Shown: piece after piece, positions 14,601-29,984 of the stretch
How positions within the stretch are numbered: position 1 is the stretch's first letter
Layout: the number at the start of each line of letters is the position of its first letter
Position numbers and translations under genes: made by a program
The notes under the pieces: generated by a model
The model's input: the letters and a program-made list of their open reading frames with translations, nothing else
What the model was told of the DNA's origin: nothing
The model's database searches: none
DNA from: Octopus vulgaris
Taxonomy: Eukaryota
Direction of reading: 5' to 3'
DNA: 64,000 nt
Assembly (NCBI GenBank): GCA_951406725.2
Contig: OX597836.1
Span: forward strand, 8,246,001-8,310,000

Positions 14601-15545
14601 TTTCTGAAGGCAGAACCGGTGGATGCAGAAGTGGAAAATGCGCTGAGGGAACGATCAAAGGAGGTAACGTATATAACCTAAGGAAGAAGATATGAGACAA
14701 TGGTCGTCCAATTTAGGACAGTAGAGGAGGCGAGGAATGTGGCGGTGAAAATAGAGGAAATAGTGATTCTACCCACATACCTTGGAAGAAAGACTTCCAA
14801 AGTGAGGGTAGAAGCAATTCCACCGGATATAGAAGTGGCTTGGGTAGCGGCAGCTGTTCTTGTTGGAAGCAAGAAGGTGGCTGTCCTCCAAGCCACAGAA
14901 ACGGAAGAAGGAGGGTGGAAAGGAAAGACACTTGAACTCATTATTCAGACGGAGGAGGTTCTCCTGGAGAACTTGACAGAGACGGTGGCGTTGGGGGAAA
15001 TCGTGCTGGGGGTGTGGGTAGAGGGCAGAGTACCACGTTGTTTTAAATGTGGCCAAAAGGGCCACATTAGAGTATACTGCCCCCTACAGAGGACAATAGC
15101 TGAGGAAACAGTTGTGGAAACGGAAGAGAAAAGAGAGGAAGAAAAGACAGGCGGAGGAAAAGAGGAAAAGGAGGAAGAATGGAAAGTTACAGAGAGCAGA
15201 AGGAGAAAGAGAGAAAAAAGAAAAAAACTGAGTATGATGTGGTACCCCAGTCCTACTCCATCCCACCAAGACCACTCAGACCCATCCTCCCCATACAGAC
15301 ACCAAACCCACCCGCCCAACCCATTTCCCCACAAGAAAAAAAAGAAAAAGAAAGAACAGATAACACAAAATCTAGAAGACCTCATCCCTGGTGAAAAAGG
15401 TTACGAATGCATGGCGGAGAGAATGAGTGGAGAATGGGGAAAAAGTGATGGAGAAAGGGGAAAAAGGATGGGACTGAAGGAGAAAAAGGACTTAGGACCC
15501 AGAGGCGGCGAGGAATGGTGTTACTCAGTGTCGAGGAGTGAATAG
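14601..15545 (+). pseudogene. Gag/ORF1-like retroelement protein with one CCHC zinc knuckle
   Basis: VEGRVPRCFKCGQKGHIRVYC. The frame extends 33 codons upstream of the Met at 14700 through one TAA. Homologous to 27682-28120. Confidence 0.8.
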
Positions 15546-15711
15546 TACACTCTCCATAATATCATTTTCAGATATCATTCATATTATCCTAGTTTAATTT
15601 GTTTTTCATCTTCATTATATTGTGCCATTCATTATATCATATTTTATTTTTATATTTCTAATTGTTCTATGTGCCCACATGTGTTGTAGTGTCCCCCTCT
15701 GTGTAATGCAT

Positions 15712-16045
15712 TTATGGCAATTTAAAAGAAGCTTGCTTCCCAACAACATGGTTTCGGGTTCAGTCCCACTACGTGGCACCTTGGGCAAGTGTCTTCTACA
15801 ATAGCCTCGGGCCGACCCAAAGCCTTGTGAGTGGATTTGGTAGAGGGAAACTGTATTTGTATGTCTTTGTTTGTCACCACACCATCGTTTGACAACCGAT
15901 GTTGGTGTGTTTACGTCCCCGTAACATAGCGGTTCGGCAAAAGATACCAATAGAATAAGTGCTAGGCTTACAAAGAATAAGTCCTAAAGGTGGTGCTCCA
16001 GTACGGCCGCAGTCAAATGACTCAAGCGAGTAAAAGAAGAAAAGA
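15712..16045 (+). mobile_element. SINE family A
   Basis: gggttcagtcccact..gtggcaccttgggcaagtgtcttcta...ggccgcagtcaaatgact. Confidence 0.88.
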
Positions 16046-16080
16046 ATATATATATATATATATATATATACATACATACA

Positions 16081-16375
<295 letters not shown>

Positions 16376-16890
16376 TGTATATTATATATGTATATATATA
16401 TGTATATATATGTATATATATGATGTATGAACGTACGTGTGTGTGTGTATCTATATTCGATGGTCTTCACGGAGTTTCACTCTACCAAATTCATTCACAA
16501 GACATTGGTCGGCTGGGGACTATGGTCGAAGACATGTAACCACGGTGCCACCGAAACCAAGTGGTTGCAAAACCAGGCCTGTGTATATAAAATATGTTTG
16601 AAATATCTGCTTATAATCAGTCCTGTATGTGCGGCACACTGCTTGGACACTCTGTGTGCCTCACGGGTCTGAGGTCTCAATGTTAATCTATGTATGCTGA
16701 GGTCGTGTATATCTAGGCTACTGTGCATTGCTTTGCTCAGGGCCTATAATTCGATTAGCTTGACCTTGCTTTGTATGACAAGCTTTGCTAAATTAGATTT
16801 TCGCTTAATTGATGTATTTAACAGCGTGATGCAAAATTAGAATCAACTAAATAATTTACAAAATAGAATGTAATACAATCAGTATGCACA

Positions 16891-16962
<72 letters not shown>

Positions 16963-18104
16963 TGTGTGTATGAGAGAGAGAGAGAGAGAGAGATAATTAC
17001 TAAATTTGTAGCCAAGAACCGAAACATTGTTTATCACGCTTGTTTCAATTTCTCTTGGAATTTGCACAGCCTGTGAGATTCCCAACCATCTTAGGTGATG
17101 CAGAGTGTAGTCTTGATAAACCCATTCACTTCCATTGTCGATTATTTAGTTGGACTTCAGCGCAGCTATATATTGAGGTAACTGTAGAAAAACAATCTCT
17201 TTTCCCAGCGACCGTTTGAGTTATCTTGTTCCCCCTCTAACTTGTCAACAATTCCTATCTCGCGTGAGCTTCACATCAACTGAGCAGCAGGTCTCTAAGA
17301 CTACAATAAGTGATTCTCTGTGGAAATTAACATTTGTATACACATCCAATTCGTCGTAGTTATGAAAAACTTATTAACGGTTGAATAAAATCTATGATAA
17401 ATATGAACATCTTTTGCGTCAATTTCTTTGAATACGTCCGGAAATGATTAAACTAATCAACACAACTTTTCTTCAAAGGTAACATTCTCTATTTGCCACA
17501 CACAACTTCACTAAAACCTCTTATAAATTACGGTTGAATCATTACACACATACACACACTCACACACATCTATCTTTCTAAATGTATGTATGTGTGTGTA
17601 TGTGTATGCATATATACACATGTATATCTACATACACATATACATACACATATATATTCATGTATATATACATATATACATATACAAATATGCATACACA
17701 TGTATGTAGAGGTATGTATATACACACAAATATATGTATGCATGAATTTATGTGTGCATGTATGTAAACACACGTATATACAAATATATGTATATATAAA
17801 AGTAATCGAATGAATGTCAAATGGAATATACATACATTTTAAGTGTTGGGTATCGATGTTACTGCATTTGAACTGACTGTGGTATCCATGTTCGTAATCT
17901 CTTATGCAAACTGATTCAGTAACCTGTCGTACAGTAACCTGTCGTAAAGTAAAACCAAGCTGATTGGTTTCTTTCGAACTAATACTGGTAAGTTAACAGA
18001 AATGTTTGATGATGCTTTTGATGATTTGACGACAGCGAGGTGAAGATTAATAACCTCTGAAGCAGCAAAGTGTCCCATAATAAGTTTAAAACAAGGCTCG
18101 TACA

Positions 18105-18512
18105 AGCGCTCATTTATGGTTGCGAAGCATGGACTCTGAACAAATTTAAAGAGAACATAATCAATGGGTTTGAAATATAGCTAAATAGGAGAAAGTTACG
18201 AGTCTCCTATAAGGATTGACGGACAAAGGAATGGGTATGTGAAAGATGACAACGAACAGGTTGGTGAAGGACGATAATTCATGAATATTGTGAAAAAGCA
18301 AAAGCTCATCTAAGTTGGCCATTCGAGGAATTAGAGGTCTGGAAAACATTATCATGGAAAGAAGAGTAATAGATCAAAAGGCAGGCAAAGAACGCAATGG
18401 ATGGACAATATCACGAGCTGGTTGGACAAAAGTGGCAATGGAGCTGAAGAACTTGAGCTTAATCAGGAAAGCTCTCGGTGTGGCGCCATCAATGTTCTGC
18501 AGGCGTACGATA
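18105..18512 (+). pseudogene. Old RTE-like LINE 3' fragment
   Basis: ALIYGCEAWTLNK...INGFE...GLENIIME; heavily disrupted. Confidence 0.7.
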
Positions 18513-18794
18513 AATTACAATGACGAGAAACTATATATGGGGACATCTGGCAAAACCAGTAAAAGTTCTGAAACAGTAAGAAATTAAGAGCCACTGGAAC
18601 ACAAGATCTCTCTCAAATTGACTCGTCCACAAAATAGTGATCATAAATGTTGTGGTTGTTTAGTATCACGTCTTCTCTCGTCGAGTAAATGTTTTTCCAG
18701 CGGTTCTTTGGTCGAAATAGAGATTGTTCTCTCTTCAGTTCATCAATAGAATATTTGTGAAGCTTGGCTTGGTTTAGCCACTGCTTAATATATA

Positions 18795-18863
<69 letters not shown>

Positions 18864-19632
18864 GCTATCTATCTATCTATCTATCTATCTATCTGTTGTG
18901 TTTGTCTGTCTGTCTAGCTATCTATCAATCTATCTACATATATCCACAAATATACATACGTACATGCGTTCGTATGTACGTACTTAAGTACGTCTATCTG
19001 TGGAATCGGTAATAATCCTGCAACAAAGATTTACCTTCTCGTTTTTGTAGCTTTGTTCCCGTTCCACTTTCATAATTGTCAATGCAGTTTCTGCAGCAAT
19101 TGCACCGAGATTTTATGCACCACTGATTGAAATATATAGGTATGTGTATGCATATATATATACACACACAAATACACACACACATATGTAAACGTAGATA
19201 TAGATAGCATAAAGAGAAAAAATACCTATATACATACACACACATATATATGCATGTATATCTATATAAATATATTTCCAACTTCTACTCTCCATACGCG
19301 CTCTCTCTCCCTCTTTCCTTCTCTCCCTCTCTCCTTCTCTCCCTCTCTCTTCCTCTCTATCCCTCTCTCCTTCTCTCCCTCTTTCTTCTCTCTCTCTCTC
19401 TCTCTCTCTCTCCCTCTTTCTTCTCTCTCTCTCTCTCTCCCTGTCATCACATTGCTCATCAAACGAAGGATTAATGATTGTACAGTCATGTGATTATATA
19501 TGTATATGAGTGTGTGTGAGTATGTATGCCTGTACGCATGTGTGTGTATATGACTCCCTACATATATACATATACATTTATAAGACACACACACATATAT
19601 ATGCACACAAATATGTGTGTATATATACACTT

Positions 19633-19676
<44 letters not shown>

Positions 19677-20033
19677 CACATACACACATACCTATATATA
19701 TACACAACCACAGGAGGATCTGGCCACGCATTTTCCCCCACGCGTGTTCCGTCCAGTAAATATAATGGAGTGTCAGCTTATCCGAATATAGACACAAAAA
19801 TGATATTCCGATTGTATAAATATTATACACATATATGCATCCATATTGATTCATACATACATACATAGACATGCATATATTTTCATTTACGTATATACGC
19901 ACACGTGTGTGTATACATATATGCATCGTGTTTATAAAGTACATAAATAAGTATATGCATAAAATGTATGTGTTTTTATACATGTAAAAAATATATCACT
20001 ACACACACATATATGTATATATGTGTGTATACA

Positions 20034-20224
<191 letters not shown>

Positions 20225-21676
20225 TATATATATACATATATATGTATATATATACACATATATATGCGTATATATATACACACAAATATATATGTATATA
20301 CATAGATATATATTTAAACATATATATAAATATATTATTATATATATATACATATATATACACACACACATCCATATATCAGTACACACATATATATGAA
20401 CATACGCTCATACATATGTATAGATATATGCACATATCAATGTGTGTGTGTGTCTGTGTGTGTGTGTGTCTGTCTGTATGTGTATGTGTGTGTAGGTGTG
20501 GGTGTGTTAAACGAGATGTATGTATTTAACATAGGTGATTGGTTTGGAGAATGGACAAAGAAATTCTGTGTGCGTGTTTGTGTGTATGCCTGTGTTTCTG
20601 CGTGTGTGTGTGTGTGAGAGAGAGAGAAAGAGAGAGAGAGCGAGGGAGAGAGAAAGGGAGATGGGGGAGAGAGAGAGAAGGGTGTGGTGGTTTATTATCT
20701 CCGATCCATTTCCTAATCAATAATCGATAATCAGAGCCATAACGGTAACCATAGTGTAGTTGTAAGCTTCGATATAAACGCGTGATCACTGAAGCACGGC
20801 AGGCTCAGGTGTTTGTCTGTGATTGCTTGTCAGAATAGGATAAAATGTGGTATTTTATGGGTATCAGAGGTTTTTAGCGGGAAAAATGAAGATATTCAGC
20901 GGAAAGTAAAAACGCTTCTGTATCGATACGTACACGCATACCTATACACACACACACACACACACATACACACACACACACACACACATACACACAGGGC
21001 CACACAGATGGACACACACACACACACCTACAAAAACATGCATATATACAAGTACATTCAGACACACACTACAAATACACACTATATACACACCCACACA
21101 CACACAAAGGCCCGCGCACGTACATATATTCATATACATGCTGACACACATACAAAAATAACTATACAAAGACATATATACAAGTACTAACATGCTATCT
21201 TAAATGTAACGTATATTGTTTGGTAATTATAAAAAGATATAAAATAATCTTTTATATTTTCTTTCATCTTTTACTCGTTTCATTTTTTTGGAATGCAGCC
21301 ATTCTGGAGCACTGCCTTGAAGAGTTTAGTCGAATAAATCGACCCAAGCACTTAATTTTAAAACCTGGTGCTTACATTGTCGCTCTCTTTTGCCTAACCT
21401 CTATTTTACTTGAACAGAAGCAAACGAATACCGGTTGTCAATCGTTGGTGGAGGACAAACATACTCACACACACACACATACATACATACATACATACAT
21501 ACATACATACATACATACATACATACATACATACATACATACATTTTATCTTAATAATCAGGTTATCTCATATGTAATGTCCGGATTTTAAATAAGGAAA
21601 ACAAGTGAAGCGGCATTTTCCCGGCTTTCCAGGTTTCCGAAGTCAACTTTCCCAATTCCTTTCATCCTTTCGAGGT

Positions 21677-21719
<43 letters not shown>

Positions 21720-21823
21720 TATGGTACTTAAGTTAAAGGCACCAGAATTTGGTATGGTATTATCCATATAAATCAAATGGGGTGATTATAATCAAAATAA
21801 GCAACAAGGATATCCAAAGGTAG

Positions 21824-21911
21824 TGTAGTACAATCGTTTCATGCTACTTCATTTTATTAAACAATGTTAGTATTACATCAGTTTTAAAATGTAGAGCAAT
21901 CTTCAGCCACA
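21824..21911 (-). ncRNA. Hammerhead-ribozyme-like motif, conserved core, long stem II
   Basis: Minus strand: tgtgg CTGAAGA t tgct..catttta..taaaatg..agca t GAAAC gatt GTA ctaca. Stems I, II and III can all be drawn. Confidence 0.65.
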
Positions 21912-21999
21912 TATAGAATATTTTTTTAATTAATAGGACAATGTACCTTTTTATACTTATTTCATTTGCCAACATTACAAAGATGTTAGATATATAGAC

Positions 22000-22335
22000 A
22001 GAGAGGTTAATTTCATCATTAAGAACATGGTAGTTGAAGGTCCTTCTCCATCTGTATTTTTTTTTATCAATGAGTTCACATAACGCTGATTATGGCAGAC
22101 ATGAGAGAGTGCATGCTGTTCCCACATCATTGAGCAGTAGACATCATGTCAACATTTTCATATCCAGTGCGAATCGTCATGATATAGGTAAAGCTTTTCC
22201 GATATTCAGATGACTTCCAGTCTCCCATTAATCTTTAAGACTCTCCAATGCCGTCGACTGTTCACCAATACATCAAGCGGTTGCTTGGAAAATCAGGCTT
22301 AAACAGAATCGTCAGATCTAGACTGAACACCCTGT
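22000..22335 (-). mobile_element. Possible degenerate Tc1/mariner remnant
   Basis: Minus strand begins CAGGGTGTTCAGTC (Tc1/mariner-like TIR); interior is decayed. Confidence 0.4.
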
Positions 22336-22399
22336 GTTTGTACATACACTCCCCCACCCCATTCACCTAAACACACATGTATGCATGTATGTATGTATG

Positions 22400-22433
<34 letters not shown>

Positions 22434-22611
22434 TGGATGGATGGATGGATGGATGGATGGATGGATGTATACACAGCGGAGTTCCTGAAGTAGATCCAAT
22501 GGAAATATGTCCAACTGCGGATGACACCAGGCACCCTAAACCGTGCCAGTGCTTTGCTCAACACATCAACACACAAATTGACATATATCCATTGTTGCTG
22601 TTGCTGTTGTT

Positions 22612-23056
<445 letters not shown>

Positions 23057-23689
23057 ACACACATACACACACACACATACACACACACACACACACATAC
23101 ACACACACACACGCACACACACACACACACACACACAAACGCACTCATTACACACATGGACAATATTCTTTCTACGTGAAGCAAAATACAAAGCTCAGCT
23201 AATATTGCGCATTTGATTATTATATAGTTTTTTTTACAACCCAGAGTTAATTAAAATAACTTTTGATGATGTTTCCCTGGTGGATACACATCTAAAAGCT
23301 TGGCCCTCCATCAAACTGCGCCTTTCTGTTTCAGCTGCTCCTTCAGGAGCAGGAAACCCCCCAACTATTAACAGCTGATGACCCCTTTACAAGAAACGAA
23401 TGCCCTTCCTCAGAAACTCCCACAGACACTCAGGAATCCTGCTGATATCTGTGAAATGCTGCAGCCACCCCCAGATTATGAATCACGTTGGCAAACCTTC
23501 ATTTAGCCGAGCCAACGAGTGGGACTCTATGTGGTTGATCTATCTGCTAGAAATAGCAGTCAAAGCATTCCATTTCATAATAGGCAAAGATAATATAATT
23601 TGAAACTCTGTAAGTCTGATAAAAGACGGGATGATTACGAAAGGAATGTATTTTACTAGAACAGCTCTGAAAGATCCTGCAATGTCTCT

Positions 23690-23784
<95 letters not shown>

Positions 23785-23789
23785 CCTAC

Positions 23790-23841
<52 letters not shown>

Positions 23842-23848
23842 TTATCTA

Positions 23849-23995
<147 letters not shown>

Positions 23996-24159
23996 TTATC
24001 TATCTATCTGTGTGCGTGTGTGTGTAGAAGTTTGCTTTATAATCATGCGACTTCGCGTTCAGTCTAACTGCGCAACACCTTGGGCAAGATTCTCCAGCCA
24101 AGATTCGCTTCGGATCTACCAAAGACTTGCGTGTCAATTTGGGAGACAAACTGAAATCA

Positions 24160-24217
<58 letters not shown>

Positions 24218-24292
24218 GGTGCGTGTGTGTGTGTGTATCTATCTGTCTATCTGTCTATCTATCTATAATGAATAATAGCGTGTAAATATCCT

Positions 24293-24502
24293 CTTCTACT
24301 GTAGGCACAAGGCCCGAAATTTTAGGGGAGGGGGCCAGTCTATTAGATCGACCCAAGTACGCAACTGGTACTCAATTTATCTACCTCGAAAGGATGAAAG
24401 GCAAAGTCGACCTCGGCGGAATTTGAACTCAGAACGTAAAGACAGACGAAATACGGCTACGCATTTCGCCCGGCGTGCTAACGGTTCTGCCAGCTCGCCG
24501 CC
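24293..24502 (-). mobile_element. SINE family B
   Basis: Reverse complement of ggcggcgagctggcagaa...gagttcaaattccgccgaggtcgactttgcctttcatcc. Confidence 0.9.
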
Positions 24503-24569
24503 TCCGTGGTGAATAAATAATGCCAAAAGAATATTTCCAGCTTCCTGTTTTGTTGCATATATGTATATG

Positions 24570-25230
24570 TATGTCATTATTCAGTTTTATTTCTAGATTT
24601 CTTGTTAACAGAGAAAGAACCGGTTTCTAACCTAGATCCAGGGTTCCTTCATTGGAATTTCAACATCAACAACAGGGTATTTTTGTATGTATATATGTAT
24701 GTATGCATGTATGTATGTATGTATGTATGTATGTATGTATGTATGTATGTATGTATGTATGCCTGTATGTATGTATGCATGTATGTATGTATGTATGTAT
24801 GCATGCATGTATGTAGGTATGTATGTATGTATGTATGTATGTATGTATGTATGTATGTATGTATGTATGTATGCATGCATGTATGTATGTATGTATGTAT
24901 GTATGTATGTATGTATGTATGTATGTATGTATGTATGTATGTATGTATGTATGTATGTATGTATGTATGTATGTATGTATGTATGTATGTATGTATGTAT
25001 GTGTGTGTGTGTATGTATGTTGGTAGGTAGGTATATGTGCAGATTTGTATGATTTGCTTTATGTATATATTCTCATGCATACAGTTACATATCTAGACAT
25101 GCTCATATATAGTTAAATGATAGACTTCTGGAAAGTTTTACAGATTTTTACAGTTCCAGTGATGGATTGCATCTGTAGTCTTCGAATTAGCTTTGTCCTT
25201 TCTGGTTTTGAGAAGCCTAATTTCCCAAGT
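24570..25230 (-). mobile_element. 3' end of an RLE-type non-LTR retrotransposon with (ATAC)n expansion in its 3' UTR
   Basis: 25230 to 25115 translates to LGKLGFSKPERTKLIRRLQMQSITGTVKICKTFQKSII*, resembling C-termini of RLE elements. Clade not determined. Confidence 0.5.
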
Positions 25231-25364
25231 TATGTATGTATGTATGCATGTATGTATGTATGTATGTATGTATGTATGTATGTATGTATGTATGTATGTA
25301 TGTATGTATGTATGTATGTATGTATGTATGTATGTATGTATGTGTGTATGTATATGTATGTATG

Positions 25365-25396
<32 letters not shown>

Positions 25397-25534
25397 TGTA
25401 TGTATGTATGTATGTATGTATGTATGTATGTATGTATGTATGTATGTATGTATGTATGTATGTATGTATGTATGTATGTATGTATGTATGTATGTATGTA
25501 TGTATGTATATGTATGTATGTATATGTATGTATG

Positions 25535-25566
<32 letters not shown>

Positions 25567-25994
25567 TGTATATGTACGTACACGCACAAATACACACATA
25601 CACACACACATTCACAACTACATATATATATATGTATATACGCGCGTGTTTACGGTGGTCTTTCACACAGTTTCCCACAAGCACCATTATTTACTGAATC
25701 CAAAACACAAATGGAATAATCGAACACTGAAGCACATGTTTGCAAACTGAAACTTCCCTAACCAAAAAGCCATTCTTACCACCATTCCATAATGGTTTTA
25801 CCAATTTCCGGTGCCTCAACAGATCTGGAAATATTCACCTGCCGCCATCAATATATTTACCAATAATTTCTTCTTCAATTCAACCCATTCCATCGATTCT
25901 TTGAATTTCAACTAAAATCGAACCGCTTTGATCTCTCATCTGATTATCAAATAATGGTTTTGTTTAACTTACCGTTGTTGTTAGTTGTTGTTGC

Positions 25995-26046
<52 letters not shown>

Positions 26047-26302
26047 ATCAATGTTATTGTTGCTGTTATTGTTGTTGTCATAATTGATACACTTGATGTT
26101 GTTGCTAACGTTGTAGTTAGCAACATCTTTCTATTATTATCTTTTGGTGTTATTGCAGTTGTTGCTGCTTTGTCGTTATTGATGTTGTAGCTGTTTTCGG
26201 TTTTGTTGTTGTTGTTGCTGTTGTTGTTGGTGTTGTTGCTATTGCTTTTCTAAATGTAACAGTAATAGCGGCAACAGCAGCAGCAGCAGTAGTAGTAGTA
26301 GC

Positions 26303-26421
<119 letters not shown>

Positions 26422-26455
26422 CAGCAGCAGCAGCAGCAGCTGTTATTAGTTCTGT

Positions 26456-26615
26456 TAGCTTGCAGAATCGTTTTGTACACCGGGAGAAATGTTCAGCGGC
26501 ATTTCGTCCATCTTTACGTTCTGAGTTCAAATTCCGCCGAGGTCGCCTTTCGGGGTCGATAACCGACGTAATCGACTAACCCACTCTACCAAAATTTCAG
26601 ACCTTGCACATTTGC
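26456..26615 (+). mobile_element. SINE family B, internally deleted
   Basis: cggcatttcgtccatctttacgttctgagttcaaattccgccgaggtcg. Confidence 0.8.
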
Positions 26616-26661
26616 CAGAAAAGATTATTGTTATTATTTAAGACACAGTATCCAATATCGT

Positions 26662-27358
26662 GTTGTTGTTGATTGAAGATATTGTATCTACCGGAGGTTT
26701 GTACCGTCTGTCAAGTCACATCAAGGACCTCAGACAGACAGTGCTTTACGCAATATTCGTACAGTTACGAGTAATGCCGATTTTTGTAATACACCTAGAT
26801 TGTTGGGTATTTCTAAAGTGTCCAGATGTTTCTCCAGGTTGAATGGTATTTAACCCAATGCTCTGATGACAACAGAAACAACCTTTATGTTTGACTCTCG
26901 TAGCTGCAACATCTTGGATATCTCAATTCTCAGGTTTCCATATCTATCAATCTTTTCTCTTTCTTATTTCTTTACTGTCCGCAAGGGGCTACACACAGAA
27001 GGGACAAACAAGGACAGATAAACGGATTTAATCGATTATATCGACCCCAGTGCGTAACTGGTACTCATTTAATCGAACCCGAAAGGATTAAAGGCAAAGT
27101 CGACCTCGGCGGAATCTTTTCTCTTTCTTTCATGATAATATGTTGATCTCCTGACACTACCAAGTCGATTATTAGGTACTCTTGTTTGTCCCTCCTAAAG
27201 GTTACTACATCCAGCCTTCGATGGTCTAACACCTTGTCTATCTGGAAGTCAAGGTCCCAGAGTATTTTCGCTTTCCCCTTTTCGTCCATAACCTTTTCTG
27301 GTGTATGTTTGTACCAAGCACCTGTTACCTCATATCCATATTTCCGGAATAGTAGTCA
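26662..27358 (-). pseudogene. R4/Dong-like LINE 3' end (restriction-like endonuclease domain), interrupted by a SINE
   Basis: KILWDLDFQIDKVLDHRRLDVV...LIIDL...KEREKI|DRYGNLRIEISKM...VVIRALG...LQKSALL...ILRKALSV*, then a short UTR and (CAA)n tail. Confidence 0.85.
26966..27114 (-). mobile_element. 5'-truncated SINE family B with target-site duplication
   Basis: AATCTTTTCTCTTTCTT occurs at 26949-26965 and 27113-27129. Confidence 0.9.
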
Positions 27359-27451
27359 GTAGCAAGTGGGGCTCAACTAGAATTTTCTTCAGGTCGAATA
27401 GCCCATCCTGCTCAAATGGTCCTTGAATAAGGGTTGTTTAAAGATGTTGAG

Positions 27452-27501
<50 letters not shown>

Positions 27502-27590
27502 GTAGTAGTAGTAGTAGTATTGCTGCCATTTATGCAATGTTATTTTTGCTGTTGCAATCGTTTGTACGCCGGACGAAATGCTTAGTAACG

Positions 27591-27642
<52 letters not shown>

Positions 27643-27681
27643 AAATGGATAAATGAATTATCTTGTTACGGATTATTCAAA

Positions 27682-28120
27682 TTATTTCTTTTTGGACACA
27701 GTCGACCACTCCTCCTCTTTTTCTTCTTCTCTGCTCTCTTCTGCCAGTTTTGCTGCTGGTGGTGACGGCTCTGGTGGTGTAGGGGACACTTCCACCGTTT
27801 CTACTTCTTCTCCTTCCTGCGCTTTTTGTTTTTCTGGTTTGCATTCGGACCTTATATGGCCCTTTCTCCCGCAGTTGATACACCTTGGCCTCCTGCCTTC
27901 TACGAAGACAATCAGCCTCTCTTCTGCAAAGTTTATAACCTCTGGAATTTCTTCGTGTATAGGGACCTCTGCCTGAATTAGCATGTTTAGGCATTGGCCC
28001 TTCCAGTTTATTTCTTCCTCCACTGATGCCTGGAGAATGGAAATGTCTTCCTTCTGATTCATTACTATGGCTGCCACAAGGCAGGTGGCATCCATTTCAG
28101 GGCCAATATTCGAGATTTTA
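27682..28120 (-). pseudogene. Gag/ORF1-like CCHC protein fragment, second subfamily
   Basis: VEGRRPRCINCGRKGHIRSEC, WKG and EEEW motifs shared with the 14601 ORF. Confidence 0.8.
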
Positions 28121-28431
28121 ACAAAAATCGTGGAACAAAAATATTTTAAGTGCTATGGGTCTTAATCTGGCTCTGCTCGCACAAATCTTTACTCGGATGA
28201 GAACATCTTGCTTGATCACGATACCAATGGATTATATTTCAATCTTGGGTGTTTCCAAGCGGTCTTGTGTTTGGTTACCTGTTGGAAGATAATATGGAAT
28301 ATAGAAATACAAGCCCGTGCCACGGCCCTGAGTCTACGCCAAAAACCGAAATCAACGTTCATTTGAACTTCGTTTCTCGTCTTCACAAAACAATAAATGC
28401 TCTCACGTTCACAGATATAAACGAGTGTGAT

Positions 28432-28488
<57 letters not shown>

Positions 28489-29015
28489 ACACACACACAA
28501 TTATAGACGTCAATACGTGCGTACATAGATAGAAAGATACGTACGTACGTGCGTACACACAATCATCCAGGCAGACAAATGACATTATAGAACGCATGCA
28601 TACCAACGACGAAGCTCGCACAGACACTTGTGTATCTAAGATGTTTACAAAGTGAGTTTGCACACAATTTTTAATTAGTGAAGCGATGTTAAGAAACTAT
28701 TCTCTTCCAACTCATCCATTGTACAAAAATAGGTCAATGTTTATGCGTTTCTGTGTGTATATGTACGTGTTGATATACGTGTGTATATGTATATATATAT
28801 ATATATATACACACACATATATATGCGTATATACTTACATATAGATATATATATATACATACATATATATGTATATATCTATGCCTACATATATATATAT
28901 ACATATATATGTATATATATATATACATGTATATGCATATATGTACATATATGTGTGTATAACATAGAAATATACATATCTTTGTATGTACATTCATATA
29001 TATATGTGTGTTTGC

Positions 29016-29064
<49 letters not shown>

Positions 29065-29319
29065 ATATACATATACATGTATATATATATATGTACATAT
29101 ATGTATATATATACATACTTTTCAAATGACATATATATTGTATATACATATACATATACATATGAATAAATACACACATATAATACGTACGTACATATAT
29201 GTACATATATATGTATGTATGAGTGTATATATATATGTATATATGTATATGTATATATATATGTTTATATATATGCATTTATATATGTATATACATATAT
29301 GTGTGTATATGTATATATG

Positions 29320-29353
<34 letters not shown>

Positions 29354-29860
29354 AGTGTATGGCTGTGTTGCTGCCTGTGTGAATGTGTGTTGTTACGAGG
29401 GAAGGGGGGGCTAATGTATAGATATAAGTGAGCGCTTCTTAGTGTATATGTATTGGTGTGTCTGTGTTACTGTTTATGAATGTGTGTGTGCCGGGGGGGG
29501 GGCGGCCTTAGGAAGGTATTTACTTATACGTGATCATGCGTGTATTATTGTATGTATATATACGCGTTTGGAAGACTGCGAGAGATGCGTGTATGTATGT
29601 ATGTATGTATGTATGGATGAATGGATGGATGGATGTATGTATGTATGTATGTATGTATGTATGTGTGTATGTATGTATGTATGTATGTATGTATGTATGT
29701 ATGTATGTATCTATGAATGTATGTATGTATGTATGTATGTATGTATGCTTGTATGTATGTATGTATTACATGTATGTATGTATGTATGTATGTATGTATG
29801 TATGTATGTATGTATGTATCTATGAATGTATGTATGCATGCAGGTACATATGTATGTGTG

Positions 29861-29899
<39 letters not shown>

Positions 29900-29984
29900 A
29901 TATATACATATATATTTATATATATATATATATATGTATGTTAGAAAATCGATGTATGTGTGTGTGTATGTATGTATGTATATT

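Noticed and set aside
23372-23402. CTGATGA...GAAAC hammerhead-like core
   Set aside because: Stems II and III cannot be drawn and there is no correctly placed NUH.
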